In this document: positions 1-10,390 of the stretch, one piece after another
Numbering within the stretch: position 1 is the first letter of the stretch
Layout of the letters: each line of letters starts with the position of its first letter
DNA from: Sinorhizobium meliloti
GTDB lineage: Bacteria > Pseudomonadota > Alphaproteobacteria > Rhizobiales > Rhizobiaceae
Direction of reading: 5' to 3'
NCBI RefSeq assembly: GCF_017876815.1
Contig: NZ_JAGIOS010000001.1
Coordinates: 3,540,001 to 3,572,000 of the forward strand
DNA length: 32,000 bases
The notes under the pieces: model-generated
Told to the model about the DNA's origin: nothing
The model's database searches: none
Seen by the model: only the letters and a program-made list of their open reading frames with translations
Made by a program: the position numbers and the translations under genes

Positions 1-97
1 AGCCGGCGATGTCAACGACGAGCTCGTCCTCGTGCAATCCGCGACGGGCAGACTCGTCCTGCCACAAAGGCTCCATCGGCGCCTTCGCGGAAGGCAT
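1..97 (-). CDS. scpA: Segregation and condensation protein A (ScpA), N-terminal fragment running off the left edge
   Basis: The minus-strand frame reads ..MPSAKAPMEPLWQDESARRGLHEDELVVDIAG.., which resembles rhizobial ScpA N-termini from memory. In-frame candidate starts are GTG 124, ATG 97 and ATG 76. It lies directly downstream of nagZ. It is too short to appear in the ORF track. Confidence 0.45.
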   Translation of the reverse strand, partial: MPSAKAPMEPLWQDESARRGLHEDELVVDIAG

Positions 98-169
98 TTC
101 CTGCCTTTCGTCCGATTTGCTCACGACCCTGCCCTTTCAGCAACGGACCCGCCCGCCAGGCTCAAGAGC

Positions 170-1204
170 CTAGGCGAGCGCAAACATTGCGTTGAACTCC
201 GCGCGCAGTGCAGCTTCGACTGCGTCGTCCGGTTCCCGGAAAGCGGCCTCGGCAGCCCTCGCCCGGCGGAGCCTCTCCCCGGAGAGAACCGGAACGACAT
301 CTGCCACGGCCTTCATTTCTTCCATAATGCCGTGACAATGCAAGACGAGATCAAGACCGGCGGCGATTATTCCGCCGGCACGTGCCGTCATGTCGCCGGC
401 AAGCGCATTCATGGAGACGTCATCGGACATCAGCAGACCGTCGAAGCCGATGTGGCCCCGGATGATCTCGCGCACGACTTTCGCAGAGGTCGTCGCCGGG
501 TTGTCCGGGTCGATAGCAGTGAAGACCATGTGCGCCGACATGGCCATCGCTTCGTCCTTCATTGCCGCGAAGGGCAGAAAATCGCTGCTCTTCAATTCAT
601 CGAGACCGGCGCTGACGACCGGCAGGTTGTGATGCGAGTCGACGAAGGTCCGGCCGTGACCGGGCATGTGCTTCATCACCGGCAGCATGCCGCCCGCCTT
701 CAAACCTTCGCTCATCGCGCGACCGATCGCGGTTACCGTCGCCGGGTCATGCCCGTAGGCACGATTGCCGATCACGTCATGGCTGCCGGGTACCGGCACA
801 TCGAGTACCGGCAGGCAATCGACCGTAATGCCGAAGCGCATCAGGTCGAAGGCATGCAGACGCCCCATGAGCCATGCGGCACGCAGGCCGAGTTCCCTGT
901 CCCGCCGATAGATTTCACCGATGGCCGCGCCGTTCGGATATTGCTGCACGAGCGGCGGGCGTATGCGCTGAACGCGACCGCCCTCCTGATCGATCAATAC
1001 CGGGGCCCGGGGGCTGCCGATGCTGTCACGCAGGCTCGCCACCAGGTCGCGGATCTGCTCTTCCTCGCCGATATTGCGTCCGAACAGTATGAAGCCCCAT
1101 GGGCGCTCGCCCGCAAAGAAGTCGCGTTCTTCCTGCGTCAGCGTGAGGCCCTTGCAGCCGGATATGAATGCTTTTGATTCGCTCATGCGAAAAGCATACT
1201 GCAT
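170..1204 (-). CDS. nagZ: Beta-N-acetylhexosaminidase NagZ (glycoside hydrolase family 3, peptidoglycan recycling)
   Basis: 344-aa ORF with GH3 signatures (VLIDQEGGRVQR, KHMPGHG, LMSDD). An alternative ATG lies at 1186 (MSESKAF..). The overlapping 381-aa plus-strand ORF is an antisense shadow. Confidence 0.85.
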   Translation of the reverse strand: MQYAFRMSESKAFISGCKGLTLTQEERDFFAGERPWGFILFGRNIGEEEQIRDLVASLRDSIGSPRAPVLIDQEGGRVQRIRPPLVQQYPNGAAIGEIYRRDRELGLRAAWLMGRLHAFDLMRFGITVDCLPVLDVPVPGSHDVIGNRAYGHDPATVTAIGRAMSEGLKAGGMLPVMKHMPGHGRTFVDSHHNLPVVSAGLDELKSSDFLPFAAMKDEAMAMSAHMVFTAIDPDNPATTSAKVVREIIRGHIGFDGLLMSDDVSMNALAGDMTARAGGIIAAGLDLVLHCHGIMEEMKAVADVVPVLSGERLRRARAAEAAFREPDDAVEAALRAEFNAMFALA

Positions 1205-1211
1205 GTTTCCC

Positions 1212-1254
1212 GGAGCGGGAAAAGTGTGTGCGGTTTCCGCTCACTTCCCGCTCC
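1212..1254. repeat. Hairpin copy of the dispersed GGAAAAGTGTGT-NN-CGGTT repeat family
   Basis: ggagcgggaa (1212-1221) pairs perfectly with ttcccgctcc (1245-1254). The core ggaaaagtgtgtgcggtttcc lies at 1218-1238. The same core is seen at 16296/16359 and inverted at 20084. Confidence 0.6.
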
Positions 1255-1266
1255 AGCCCTTTGCAC

Positions 1267-1308
1267 AACGAGAACGGGCGCGGCATCCCTGCCGCGCCCG
1301 TTCTCGTT
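1267..1308 (-). terminator. Intrinsic terminator-like hairpin downstream of the SPOR-domain gene
   Basis: Perfect 19-bp stem: aacgagaacgggcgcggca (1267-1285) pairs with tgccgcgcccgttctcgtt (1290-1308) around a 4-nt loop. It starts 17 nt after the stop at 1325. The T tract is weak on the minus strand and is TTTCGG on the plus strand. Confidence 0.55.
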
Positions 1309-1324
1309 TCGGACTTTGCCGTGT

Positions 1325-4162
1325 TTATTTCGTTACCAGGCAGCTTCCGCCGGCGCTTTTGTAGCGAGAGCAAAGCGAATTGGCCTCCTCGCGCGAACCG
1401 ACGGGGATCCTGACCCGGTAATACGTGCCCTTGCCGGCGATCTCTGCCTTGCGGATGTCCACCCCGCGACCGCCGATCACGCTCGCGAACTTCGAGGAGA
1501 GATTGTTGTAGCTCTTCTGCGCCTCGGCCTCCGAAGGCAGAGAGGCAATCTGGATCACGTAGCTGCCGGCGGGAACCGAAGCCGTCGCCAGCGGTGCGGC
1601 TGCCGTTTCGGTTGCCGGCTGGCTTTCCGCGGGGGCCGCGGCGGGAGCAGCCGCCTCCGGCTGAGCGGCCGGGCGTGCCTGCGGCAGCGCGGTCGTCTTT
1701 ACGCTTCGAACGGGAGTGACTCCTTCGGACGCTGCAGCGAGCTGATCCGGCGGCGCGGCAGCGGTTGCTTCGGCTTGTGAACCGGCGGCAACCGCTTCAC
1801 CGGACGCACGGGCCGGGATCGGCGCCGCACCGCCGGCTGCTACCGCCGCGCTTTCCGGTTGCGGAGCCGGTTCCTCACGGGGGACAAGCGTACCGTCCGG
1901 CTTGACGATCATGGTGCGGACCTTGCGCGGTGCAACGGCGGGAACCGCTTCCTCTTCATCAGTCGCATTGCCGGCATCAGCCCCCGGCAGCAAGCGGGCG
2001 ACCTCGTCGTCGTCGGCGGGCGAAGCACCCGGCAACATCTCGACGTCTCCACGTCCCTCGAGCGGCAAAGTCTCCGGCGTCAGCGTCCGCTGCACCACGT
2101 CCATCGGCTCCTCCGTCGAGGAGACCAGGCTCTGCTGGAGCGGCGCCTTGCCCGAGACGCCGGCAACGCGGTCGTAAACCGCCTTGTCCTGGTTCGGCAC
2201 AGTCTTGCCGCCCTTCTCCTCGGGTACGACCTTCACCGGCGCCTTGTCCGCCAGGATGATCTTCGGACCATCGCCGGAAAGCACCGCGTTGCTGCCGCCC
2301 ATCCAAGCGTAGACGGCGGCGCCGCCGACGATGATGATCCCGGCAACGCTGGCGGCCAGCAGCATCGAGCGCTGAGACCGCCGGCCATAACCCTCTTCAC
2401 GATATTCCTCGGCCCGAGCATGGGGCATCGCCGTCACGCGCTCGGCTTCCTGCGTTGCGCTCCGGCGCTCCGCCATCGAGCGCTGGAAGTCTTCCTCCAT
2501 CGCCTTCTCGAACTCGTCGAAATCATCGGCCGGTGCGAGTGCAGGACCCGCCTTGTCCGCCGATACAGACACGGGCTCGAGGTCTGCTCCGTTCTTGGCA
2601 GCAGGCGTCGGCGCGCTGAACAGCTGCGCCATCTCGGCGTCGATATCCAGATCGTAATCGGCCGGATAAGCCGCTGCTTTTTCCTCGGTCTCGACCGGAG
2701 GGAGTTGTGGAACGTCCAGTTCGCCGATCGGTGCGACGCCGCTTTCGGTCTCGCCGATCATCGCCGGGTCGAAAGGCAAGGCTACGTCGGCGGATGGCTT
2801 TTCGGGCTCCACCGGCACAGACATGTCCCGCGCCGATACCGGCGCTTGATGGACGAATGTCTCCGGCTCGCGTGGCGCGGCCATAGCCTGCAGATACGGC
2901 TGCGCAGGCGTTTCCACGAGCGCCGGGTGCGCTACGGCGGCTTGCGTAGCGACAACGCTCGCCGGCGCCTCGGCAACCGGGCTGTCCGCAAGATCGAGGT
3001 CGAGCGCTATGTCGGCCAATTCGAGTTCGAAGTCCTCGATGTCGAAGCTCGGCTCGACTTCCGCTTCCGGCATCCTGTTTTCGGGGATCTGAGGCGCTGC
3101 TTCCGCACGCATCTCGGGCGCACGTTCAGGCGACACGCTCTGCGCGACGACCGCCGGGCTTGTGGCAGCCGCGCTTGCGACAGCGGTCTCGACGGTCGGT
3201 GTGGCAAAAGCCCGCTGCTGCGAAACGCCGCCTGACGACGCTACCGGAGTCGCGCGGCTGAACGTCGGAGTAAAGGGATAGTTGTTCTTCTTCACCGCCG
3301 CCGGAGCGGGCCGATCCTGAGTTTCGGCCACGGCCGGCGCAGCGGCTTCTGCGGCGGCAGGCACCGGAAAACGCTCGACATCGGTCAGGAGCCGGTCGGC
3401 GCCGGTGGAAGCTGACGGTTGCGACGGCAGTTCCGGGGGTGCGACGGCAATGTCCGCCAGCTCGTCGCTCTGGACCGCACCGGCGAGATCGCCGGCCATG
3501 TCGACATAGACGGGCTCTGCAAGCCCGGCCTGCTCGGCGAGTTTGCCGGCTACGGCCAGCTTGGCGGAAAGCGGCTCCTGCCAGTCGGAGAAGATAGGAA
3601 CATCGCTTACGTCGGCAGGTACGGAACCCGGCTGGGCAGCGTCGGTCGCATCCGGCGACGCATCGTAGCCAAGCGACAATTCGAGCTCGCGCTCCAGGTC
3701 CACGGCCGGTTCGTCATGCGGCGCCGCGACCGCAGCCACATCGCCATTCGACGTCCATTCCACCGGGGTCTCGATCGAAGGCAACGCGGCGGCCTCGGCG
3801 ACCTCCTCGGGGGCCGGAGCGACATCGGCGACGACTGCATTCTGAGCAGCCTGCTCGTCGAAGACAGAGTGCGGGCCATCGGTCGGCACTGCGGCAGACG
3901 GATGTTCGACAAGGCCGCTATCGGGCCGAACAGGCGCCGCATGGGGCGTATCGTAGCTATCGAAGGCGCGGAGGAGCTCCTCCTCGAGATCGAAGGCCGG
4001 CTCGCGCCGCATCGCCTCCTGATGGCGCTGAAGTTCCTGCAGTTGCTGAACGGCTGGCCGAGCATCGTAACCGACAATGCGGGCAAGTTCGCTCAACGGA
4101 TCATCATCGGCCAATGGTTCGAATTCTGCCGGCCCGCTTCGTGCGAATTGTTTGTCTGCCAT
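1325..4162 (-). CDS. Large SPOR-domain protein (acidic, Pro/Ala-rich cytoplasmic region, one TM segment, periplasmic linker, C-terminal SPOR peptidoglycan-binding domain)
   Basis: The ORF runs 1325..4171. The first codon at 4171 is GTG, and the ATG at 4162 is preceded by GGAGAG. A TM segment is present (MLLAASVAGIIIVGGAAVYAW). The C-terminus SYVIQIASLPSEAEAQKSYNNLSSKF..YYRVRIPVGSREEANSLCSRYKSAGGSCLV is a typical SPOR fold sequence. Confidence 0.8.
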   Translation of the reverse strand: MADKQFARSGPAEFEPLADDDPLSELARIVGYDARPAVQQLQELQRHQEAMRREPAFDLEEELLRAFDSYDTPHAAPVRPDSGLVEHPSAAVPTDGPHSVFDEQAAQNAVVADVAPAPEEVAEAAALPSIETPVEWTSNGDVAAVAAPHDEPAVDLERELELSLGYDASPDATDAAQPGSVPADVSDVPIFSDWQEPLSAKLAVAGKLAEQAGLAEPVYVDMAGDLAGAVQSDELADIAVAPPELPSQPSASTGADRLLTDVERFPVPAAAEAAAPAVAETQDRPAPAAVKKNNYPFTPTFSRATPVASSGGVSQQRAFATPTVETAVASAAATSPAVVAQSVSPERAPEMRAEAAPQIPENRMPEAEVEPSFDIEDFELELADIALDLDLADSPVAEAPASVVATQAAVAHPALVETPAQPYLQAMAAPREPETFVHQAPVSARDMSVPVEPEKPSADVALPFDPAMIGETESGVAPIGELDVPQLPPVETEEKAAAYPADYDLDIDAEMAQLFSAPTPAAKNGADLEPVSVSADKAGPALAPADDFDEFEKAMEEDFQRSMAERRSATQEAERVTAMPHARAEEYREEGYGRRSQRSMLLAASVAGIIIVGGAAVYAWMGGSNAVLSGDGPKIILADKAPVKVVPEEKGGKTVPNQDKAVYDRVAGVSGKAPLQQSLVSSTEEPMDVVQRTLTPETLPLEGRGDVEMLPGASPADDDEVARLLPGADAGNATDEEEAVPAVAPRKVRTMIVKPDGTLVPREEPAPQPESAAVAAGGAAPIPARASGEAVAAGSQAEATAAAPPDQLAAASEGVTPVRSVKTTALPQARPAAQPEAAAPAAAPAESQPATETAAAPLATASVPAGSYVIQIASLPSEAEAQKSYNNLSSKFASVIGGRGVDIRKAEIAGKGTYYRVRIPVGSREEANSLCSRYKSAGGSCLVTK

Positions 4163-4225
4163 ACTCTCCACTCACAACTGCCTGCGTTGAATTGCCAGTG
4201 CATTGTGGGGAATTGGTGACACGAC

Positions 4226-5983
4226 TTACCGCATCTCATCCGGTGCAGAAGTGCCTGTGATCGACAGGCCTGACTTCAATACCGAGGCGACAGCATGCAC
4301 CAGCCCGAGTCTGGCAATGCTTAATTCTCTATTCTTATCGTTAACAAAACGTAATTCCGGGTTTTCCTTACCTTTGTTCCAGTGTCCGTGGAAGACCGCG
4401 GCAAGATCATACAGGTAAAAAGCGATCCGGTGAGGCTCGTGCGAGAGTGCTGCCGCCTCCACCACACGGGGATATTCTGCAAGCTTGGCGACGAGCTGCA
4501 TTTCGGTGGGATCGACGATCGCGCCGGCCGCGGCCGCGAAATCGACTGAGGACAGATCAAGATCCGGGAATGCTTCCGCAGCCTGGCGGAAAACGGAACG
4601 GCAGCGCGCATGGGCGTATTGAACGTAGAAGACCGGGTTGTCCTTCGACTGTTCCGTCACCTTTGCGAAGTCGAAGTCGAGCGGCTCGGAGCTCTTGCGG
4701 TAGAGCATCATGAACCGCACGGGATCGCGCCCGACTTCGTCGACGACGTCGCGCAGCGTCACGAAATCGCCCGAGCGCTTGGACATCTTCACGGGCTCGC
4801 CGTTGCGATAGAGCTTCACGAGCTGGCAGAGCAGCACCGTCAGCTTCGCCGTTCCGCCGGAGATCGCGCGCGCAAGCGCTTCCAGCCGCTTCACGTAGCC
4901 GCCATGGTCGGCGCCGAGGACATAGATCATCTCGTGGAAACCACGATCGAACTTGTCCTTGAAGTAAGCAACATCGGCCGCGAAGTAAGTATAGCTGCCA
5001 TCGGACTTGATCAGCGGGCGATCGATGTCGTCGCCGACCTCGGTCGAGCGGAAGAGCGTCTGCTCCCTGTCCTCCCAATCTTCCGGCAGCTGCCCCTTCG
5101 GCGGCGGCAGCGTGCCCTTGTAGACGTGACCCTTGAAGGTCAAATCGTTGATGGCCGTGCGGATCCGCGCTGCACCGTTGTCGTGCAGGGCCCGCTCGGA
5201 AAAGAACACGTCATGGTTGACGTTGAGTGCCGCCAGATCCTCACGGATCATCGCCATCATCGCGTCGATGACTCGCTCCTTGACGAGCGGCACCCATTTG
5301 TCCTCCGGCATGATCCTGAGGCTCGTGCCGTACTCGTCCGCGAGCGCCTCGCCCACCGGCACGAGATAGTCACCGGGGTAGAGTCCCGCCGGGATTTCGG
5401 CGATATCCTCGCCGAGCGCCTGACGGTAGCGCAGGAATGCCGAGCGGGCGAGCACCTCGATCTGCGAACCCGCGTCGTTGATGTAGTATTCCTTGGTCAC
5501 GTCATAGCCCGCAAAGGCCAGCAGGTTGGCGAGCGCGTCACCGACGACCGCACCGCGGCAATGGCCGACATGCATCGGACCCGTCGGATTGGCCGAGACA
5601 TATTCCACGTTGATCTTGCGGCCGGCGCCGAACGTGCTGCGTCCGTAATCGACGCCGGCACGGGTGATGGCTGCCAGAAGCTTCTGCCAATAGGAAACCG
5701 ACAGGCGGACATTGATGAAACCGGGACCGGCAACGGAGACGCCGGCAACCTCCGGATCCTGCCCGAGCTTGTCGACGATAAGGTCCGCAAGCGCGCGCGG
5801 GTTCATGCCCAGGGGCTTGGCGAGCACCATTGCGGCATTGGTCGCCACATCGCCGTGACTTGCATCACGCGGCGGCTCTACATTGATGCGCCCGAAGTCC
5901 AGCTCGGATCGCTTTTCACGAATAATCTCAATCGATTCCAGAATTCTGTTAATTCTTGCTTCGAAGTCTGTGAAAAGGTTCAT
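4226..5983 (-). CDS. argS: Arginine--tRNA ligase
   Basis: 585-aa ORF with class I aaRS motifs: HIGH-like PTGPMHVGH and KMSKS-like MSKRSG. The full-length architecture ends in ..DEMR. Confidence 0.95.
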   Translation of the reverse strand: MNLFTDFEARINRILESIEIIREKRSELDFGRINVEPPRDASHGDVATNAAMVLAKPLGMNPRALADLIVDKLGQDPEVAGVSVAGPGFINVRLSVSYWQKLLAAITRAGVDYGRSTFGAGRKINVEYVSANPTGPMHVGHCRGAVVGDALANLLAFAGYDVTKEYYINDAGSQIEVLARSAFLRYRQALGEDIAEIPAGLYPGDYLVPVGEALADEYGTSLRIMPEDKWVPLVKERVIDAMMAMIREDLAALNVNHDVFFSERALHDNGAARIRTAINDLTFKGHVYKGTLPPPKGQLPEDWEDREQTLFRSTEVGDDIDRPLIKSDGSYTYFAADVAYFKDKFDRGFHEMIYVLGADHGGYVKRLEALARAISGGTAKLTVLLCQLVKLYRNGEPVKMSKRSGDFVTLRDVVDEVGRDPVRFMMLYRKSSEPLDFDFAKVTEQSKDNPVFYVQYAHARCRSVFRQAAEAFPDLDLSSVDFAAAAGAIVDPTEMQLVAKLAEYPRVVEAAALSHEPHRIAFYLYDLAAVFHGHWNKGKENPELRFVNDKNRELSIARLGLVHAVASVLKSGLSITGTSAPDEMR

Positions 5984-6080
5984 CTAATCCGTCCGCTTTT
6001 TCCAGCCACACTGGAGAATGGCGCAAATTCAAAGGAGGCCGGGTCCATCGAGAACCTGCAGCCTCCACGCGGGGGCGTCA

Positions 6081-7298
6081 CTAGCGCAAATCGGGCGTAT
6101 GGTCAAACAAGCGCCTATGCACGCTTATCGCGAAAGTATCGGTCATACCGGCGAGATAATCCCCGACGTGACGCGCCCGGGCCGGCTCCGCCATACCGGC
6201 GATCTGGTCGATCCAGTAATGCTCCTTCATCAGCGACGGATCGTCCATGAAGGCCCGGTAGAGGTCCGTTACGATCGATGCCGCTCCCTGCCGTACCCGC
6301 ATCACCTCCGGATGCCGATAGATGCGCGTCATCAGCAAATTCTTGATCTGGCGGTCCGTCTCGCTCATCTCATCCGAGAAGGTGGCCATGACCCTGCCCG
6401 CGCATCGCACGTCTTTCGCGCTTTCCGGCCGGACTTCACCAAGCCTTTTCTGCGCCACGGCGATGACGTCCTCCACCATGGCGGTGATCTGCCGCCGCAT
6501 GATCTCATGCGTGAACCGGCTGCTTTCAAGGCCCGGATATCGGTCGTGGACCTCGCGCATCAACCGGGCGAGAAACGGTATCTCTTCCAGCATTTCGAAA
6601 GTGAGATAGCCGGCACGCAGACCGTCGTCGATATCGTGGGTATTATAGGCGATATCGTCGGCAATTGCCGCCACCTGCGCCTCGAGGCTCGCAAAGCTCG
6701 CAAGCTCGAGGTCGTGAAGCGCGCAGTAATCGAGAATCGGCTGCGGAACCGGGCCGCGGAGGCCCTGCCCGTCGGCCGTCATCAGCGGGCCGTTGTGTTT
6801 GACGAGCCCTTCGAGACTCTCCCAGGTGAGATTGAGGCCGTCGAACTCCGCATAGCGCCGTTCCAGCTTGGTGACGATGCGCAGCGACTGGGCGTTGTGA
6901 TCGAAGCCGCCATAGGGCTCCAGCACCTCGTGCAGTGCGTCCTCGCCGGTGTGCCCGAACGGCGTATGGCCGAAATCGTGGACGAGCGCCACACCCTCGG
7001 CGAGATCCTCGTCCAGTTTCAGCGCCCTGGCGAGAGCGCGAGCGATCTGAGCGACTTCGATCGTATGCGTGAGCCGCGTGCGGTAGTGGTCTCCGTCGGC
7101 GGCAATGAAGACCTGCGTCTTGTGCTTCAGCCGCCGGAAGGCCGTGGTATGAACGATGCGGTCGCGGTCGCGCTGGAAATCGGAACGGGTCGGGCTCGAT
7201 GCCTCGGGATAAAGTCTGCCGCGGGAAGCCCAGGGGTTCGATGCATAAGCTGCGTGTTCACCGTAACCGAAACCAAGGGCCTGCCTGTCGACTGTCAT
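6081..7298 (-). CDS. dgt: Deoxyguanosinetriphosphate triphosphohydrolase-like protein (HD domain)
   Basis: HD-domain motifs are present ([25 protein letters not shown]). The ORF extends to ATG 7334, but [14 protein letters not shown].. at ATG 7298 matches the usual N-terminus of this family. Confidence 0.88.
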   Translation of the reverse strand: MTVDRQALGFGYGEHAAYASNPWASRGRLYPEASSPTRSDFQRDRDRIVHTTAFRRLKHKTQVFIAADGDHYRTRLTHTIEVAQIARALARALKLDEDLAEGVALVHDFGHTPFGHTGEDALHEVLEPYGGFDHNAQSLRIVTKLERRYAEFDGLNLTWESLEGLVKHNGPLMTADGQGLRGPVPQPILDYCALHDLELASFASLEAQVAAIADDIAYNTHDIDDGLRAGYLTFEMLEEIPFLARLMREVHDRYPGLESSRFTHEIMRRQITAMVEDVIAVAQKRLGEVRPESAKDVRCAGRVMATFSDEMSETDRQIKNLLMTRIYRHPEVMRVRQGAASIVTDLYRAFMDDPSLMKEHYWIDQIAGMAEPARARHVGDYLAGMTDTFAISVHRRLFDHTPDLR

Positions 7299-7514
7299 TT
7301 CACACCTGCGCGCGTCATCCCATTGACGGGACATTCAAGCCTTCATACCTATAGAAAGCGCTACAGGAAAGCGACGCCGGCCGGCGACTCCGTCCCCTCG
7401 GGGCGGAACAGCGGCTTGCGGCAAGCCTGAAGATCGCCTGTCATGGCATGCGATTATAGCGTCAGAGCGAAGACGAATCTCTCCGGTTCTTGACCCCGGC
7501 AGGAGGCAAATAAG

Positions 7515-7844
7515 ATGCAGGAAACAGTTACGCTTTCGGATGCGGCGGCCAGACGCATTGCCGCCATTCTCCAGGCGGAGAAGGACAAGAGCGCGATGCG
7601 CGTCTCCGTCGAAGGCGGCGGGTGCTCGGGCTTCTCCTACAAGTTCGATTTGGTGGACGCGGCAAATGCCGACGATCTCATCCTCGAAAAGGACAACGCC
7701 AAGGTCCTGATCGACAGCCTGTCGCTGGTCTATATGGGCGGCTCGGAGATCGATTTCGTCGACAACCTCCTCGGGCAGTCCTTCCAGATCAACAATCCGA
7801 ACGCCGTCGCAAGCTGCGGATGCGGAACAAGCTTTTCGATCTGA
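7515..7844 (+). CDS. erpA: Iron-sulfur cluster insertion protein, HesB/IscA/ErpA family
   Basis: 109 aa. AGGAGG lies 8 nt upstream of the ATG. The three conserved Cys are present (GGGCSGFSY ... SCGCGTSF at the C-terminus). Confidence 0.85.
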   Translation: MQETVTLSDAAARRIAAILQAEKDKSAMRVSVEGGGCSGFSYKFDLVDAANADDLILEKDNAKVLIDSLSLVYMGGSEIDFVDNLLGQSFQINNPNAVASCGCGTSFSI

Positions 7845-7869
7845 CGCCTCGCGCTGTATAACGCCACAG

Positions 7870-9333
7870 CTAAAGGTAGGGCGATCCGAGCCAGAGCAAT
7901 CGGTTTGCCAGACGGTTTACGAGCGGCTGCGCGCGGAGCCCTGCAAGGGTCACTTCATCCGCGGCCGCGCGTATGGCACAGACCTTTTCGCCGATTGCGC
8001 GTGCGAAGGCTTCGTCGAGTATTTCGAGGTCGAACTCGAAATTGAGGCGCAGGGAGCGGGGATCGAGATTGGTCGAACCGACATAGGCCCAGCGATCGTC
8101 GATGACCATCAGCTTGGAATGGTTGAAGGCGCCCTTTGCCCGCCAGACGCGGCAATGACCTTTCAGCACCTGGTCGAACTGTGCCGTCATCGCGCGGTCG
8201 ACGAGTGTCAGATTGTTGACAGAGGGCACGACGATGTCGACTTCGACGCCCTTCCTCGCCGCCGTCACGAGCGCGCTGACCAATTCCTTGTCCGGGAGGA
8301 AATAGGGCGACATCAACCGGATATGTTTTCGCGCCATCGAAAAGGCGCCCATAAGCATCTTGTGATTTGTCTCGTTGGTATTGTCAGGACCTGAGGGAAC
8401 GGCCCGCATCAGCACCGATCGCCCGTCCGGCTCCGCCGGAAGGTCGGCGAGCCGCCAGCCGTCGCCTGTCAGTACCTCCTTGCTCGAAAACTGCCAGTCT
8501 TCCGCGGCAACCTGAAAGATATCGGCGACAACGGGTCCGGTCACGCGGAAATGCGTGTCGAAAGAAGCAGCCTTGCCTGCGATTTCAGCGGCAAAGCCCG
8601 CGCGGATGTTCATGCCGCCGGCGAAAGCGACCGCGCCGTCGACAACCATGATCTTGCGGTGTGTCCTGAGATTGGCATAGGGCAGCCTCAGGCCCATGAT
8701 GATATTGCCGTTGAAGACGGCGGTCGGCACGCCTCCTTCCTTCAGATAGCCCACAATGGACGGCACGGAATAGCGCGCACCCACGGCGTCGATCAGGACG
8801 CGCACGGCGACGCCGCGTTTCACTGCGGCGATCAGGGCATCGGCGAAACGCATGCCGATGGGATCGCGGTCGAAAATATAGCTCTCGATGAGAATGCTGC
8901 GACGGGCGGAGGAGATCTCGTCGAGCATCGCCGCATAGACCGCGTCGCCGCCCTCGAGCATGGTGATGTGGTTTCCCGCCGACATCGTGAAGCGCGCAAC
9001 GCGGTCTCCAAGCATCTTCATTGCCGCGAAACGCTGTCCGAAACGGGCCACCACCTGATCATGCGTGACATCGAAGCGCCCGAAAGGGTCCCGCTCGGTC
9101 GAGCGCAGCAGCGAGCGCTGCAAGCCGATAGACGAGCGGCGCATCCGATTGATGCCGGCAACCGCGTAGATGACCGCACCGATGACCGGTGAGAGCAGCA
9201 CAACCCCGACCCAGCCGGCGGCCGCCCGCACATCGTCTTTCGTCATCGCCGCATGGATGATTGCCGGGACGCCGAGGACGACCGAAAGCAGCGCCAGAAA
9301 ATGCGGCCAGTAACTCTCTATGAACACGATCAT
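7870..9333 (-). CDS. cls: Cardiolipin synthase (phospholipase D superfamily)
   Basis: 487 aa with N-terminal TM helices and two HKD motifs (HRKIMVVDG and HSKLMVIDD). Confidence 0.88.
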   Translation of the reverse strand: MIVFIESYWPHFLALLSVVLGVPAIIHAAMTKDDVRAAAGWVGVVLLSPVIGAVIYAVAGINRMRRSSIGLQRSLLRSTERDPFGRFDVTHDQVVARFGQRFAAMKMLGDRVARFTMSAGNHITMLEGGDAVYAAMLDEISSARRSILIESYIFDRDPIGMRFADALIAAVKRGVAVRVLIDAVGARYSVPSIVGYLKEGGVPTAVFNGNIIMGLRLPYANLRTHRKIMVVDGAVAFAGGMNIRAGFAAEIAGKAASFDTHFRVTGPVVADIFQVAAEDWQFSSKEVLTGDGWRLADLPAEPDGRSVLMRAVPSGPDNTNETNHKMLMGAFSMARKHIRLMSPYFLPDKELVSALVTAARKGVEVDIVVPSVNNLTLVDRAMTAQFDQVLKGHCRVWRAKGAFNHSKLMVIDDRWAYVGSTNLDPRSLRLNFEFDLEILDEAFARAIGEKVCAIRAAADEVTLAGLRAQPLVNRLANRLLWLGSPYL

Positions 9334-9540
9334 GCGCGGGACTATAGACGGACGCGGTGCGGAATCAATTCGGCTACTTAAGGGTGAAATCTAGCGCGGG
9401 GAAGAAGCGGAAGATGCGCCGGAACGGCGGCCGCCTGATCCGGACCCATGTGGCGGATCCCGGATTTGTCAAAAGAATTTCCAGCGGCTAGAACGAACCG
9501 ACCGAACGGACTCAAATCTCGTGAGATGCAAGGCTGCCCA

Positions 9541-10332
9541 ATGAAGATTGCCACATGGAACATCAATGGCGTCAAAGCGCGTCTCGACGGCCTCGTTGGC
9601 TGGCTCAGGGAATCGAACCCCGACATCGCCTGTCTGCAGGAGATCAAATCCGTCGACGAAACATTTCCGAGAGGCGAGATCGAGGCGCTCGGCTACCATG
9701 TGGAGACGCATGGACAGAAAGGCTTCAATGGCGTCGCCCTGCTCTCCAAGGTGAGACCGGACGAGATCAATCGCGGATTGCCGGGAGACCCCGCCGACGA
9801 ACAGTCGCGCTTCATCGAAGGCGTGTTCTCCGTCAATGGCGGAGCCCTTCGGGTCTGCTGCCTCTATCTGCCCAACGGAAATCCGGTAGAGACGGAAAAA
9901 TACCCCTACAAGCTCGCATGGATGCGGCGCCTGGCCGCCTTTGCGGAACAGAGGCTCGTCCTCGAGGAACCGCTCATCCTGGCCGGCGACTACAACGTCA
10001 TTCCGGAGGCGCACGACTGCTGGGACGTAAAGGTCTGGCGGAACGACGCTCTCTACCTGCCGGAGACACGTGCCGCCTTTCGGCGGCTGCGCAACCTTGG
10101 CTTCACCGACGCGGTGCGCGCGACCTCCGACGAGGCGCCGCTCTATTCATTCTGGGATTATCAGGCCGGCTGCTGGCAGAAGAATTTCGGCATCCGCATC
10201 GATCACCTGATGCTGTCGCCGGAGGCGGCAGACAAGCTCGTGTCGACCTCTATCGAAAAGCACGTCCGGGCCTGGGAAAAGCCGTCCGACCATGTGCCCG
10301 TAACGGCTGAATTCGCGTTCGAGACGGCCTGA
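9541..10332 (+). CDS. xthA: Exodeoxyribonuclease III (AP endonuclease)
   Basis: MKIATWNINGVKARL.. at ATG 9541, which is the internal start of ORF 9448..10332. ExoIII family motifs are present, including ..IDHLMLSP.. and ..SDHVPV.. Confidence 0.9.
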   Translation: MKIATWNINGVKARLDGLVGWLRESNPDIACLQEIKSVDETFPRGEIEALGYHVETHGQKGFNGVALLSKVRPDEINRGLPGDPADEQSRFIEGVFSVNGGALRVCCLYLPNGNPVETEKYPYKLAWMRRLAAFAEQRLVLEEPLILAGDYNVIPEAHDCWDVKVWRNDALYLPETRAAFRRLRNLGFTDAVRATSDEAPLYSFWDYQAGCWQKNFGIRIDHLMLSPEAADKLVSTSIEKHVRAWEKPSDHVPVTAEFAFETA

Positions 10333-10390
10333 GGCGAGCCGACCTTCCCTGCCCTAAGGTCGCCATCCTCGGGTCAGGCCGCACGGGACC

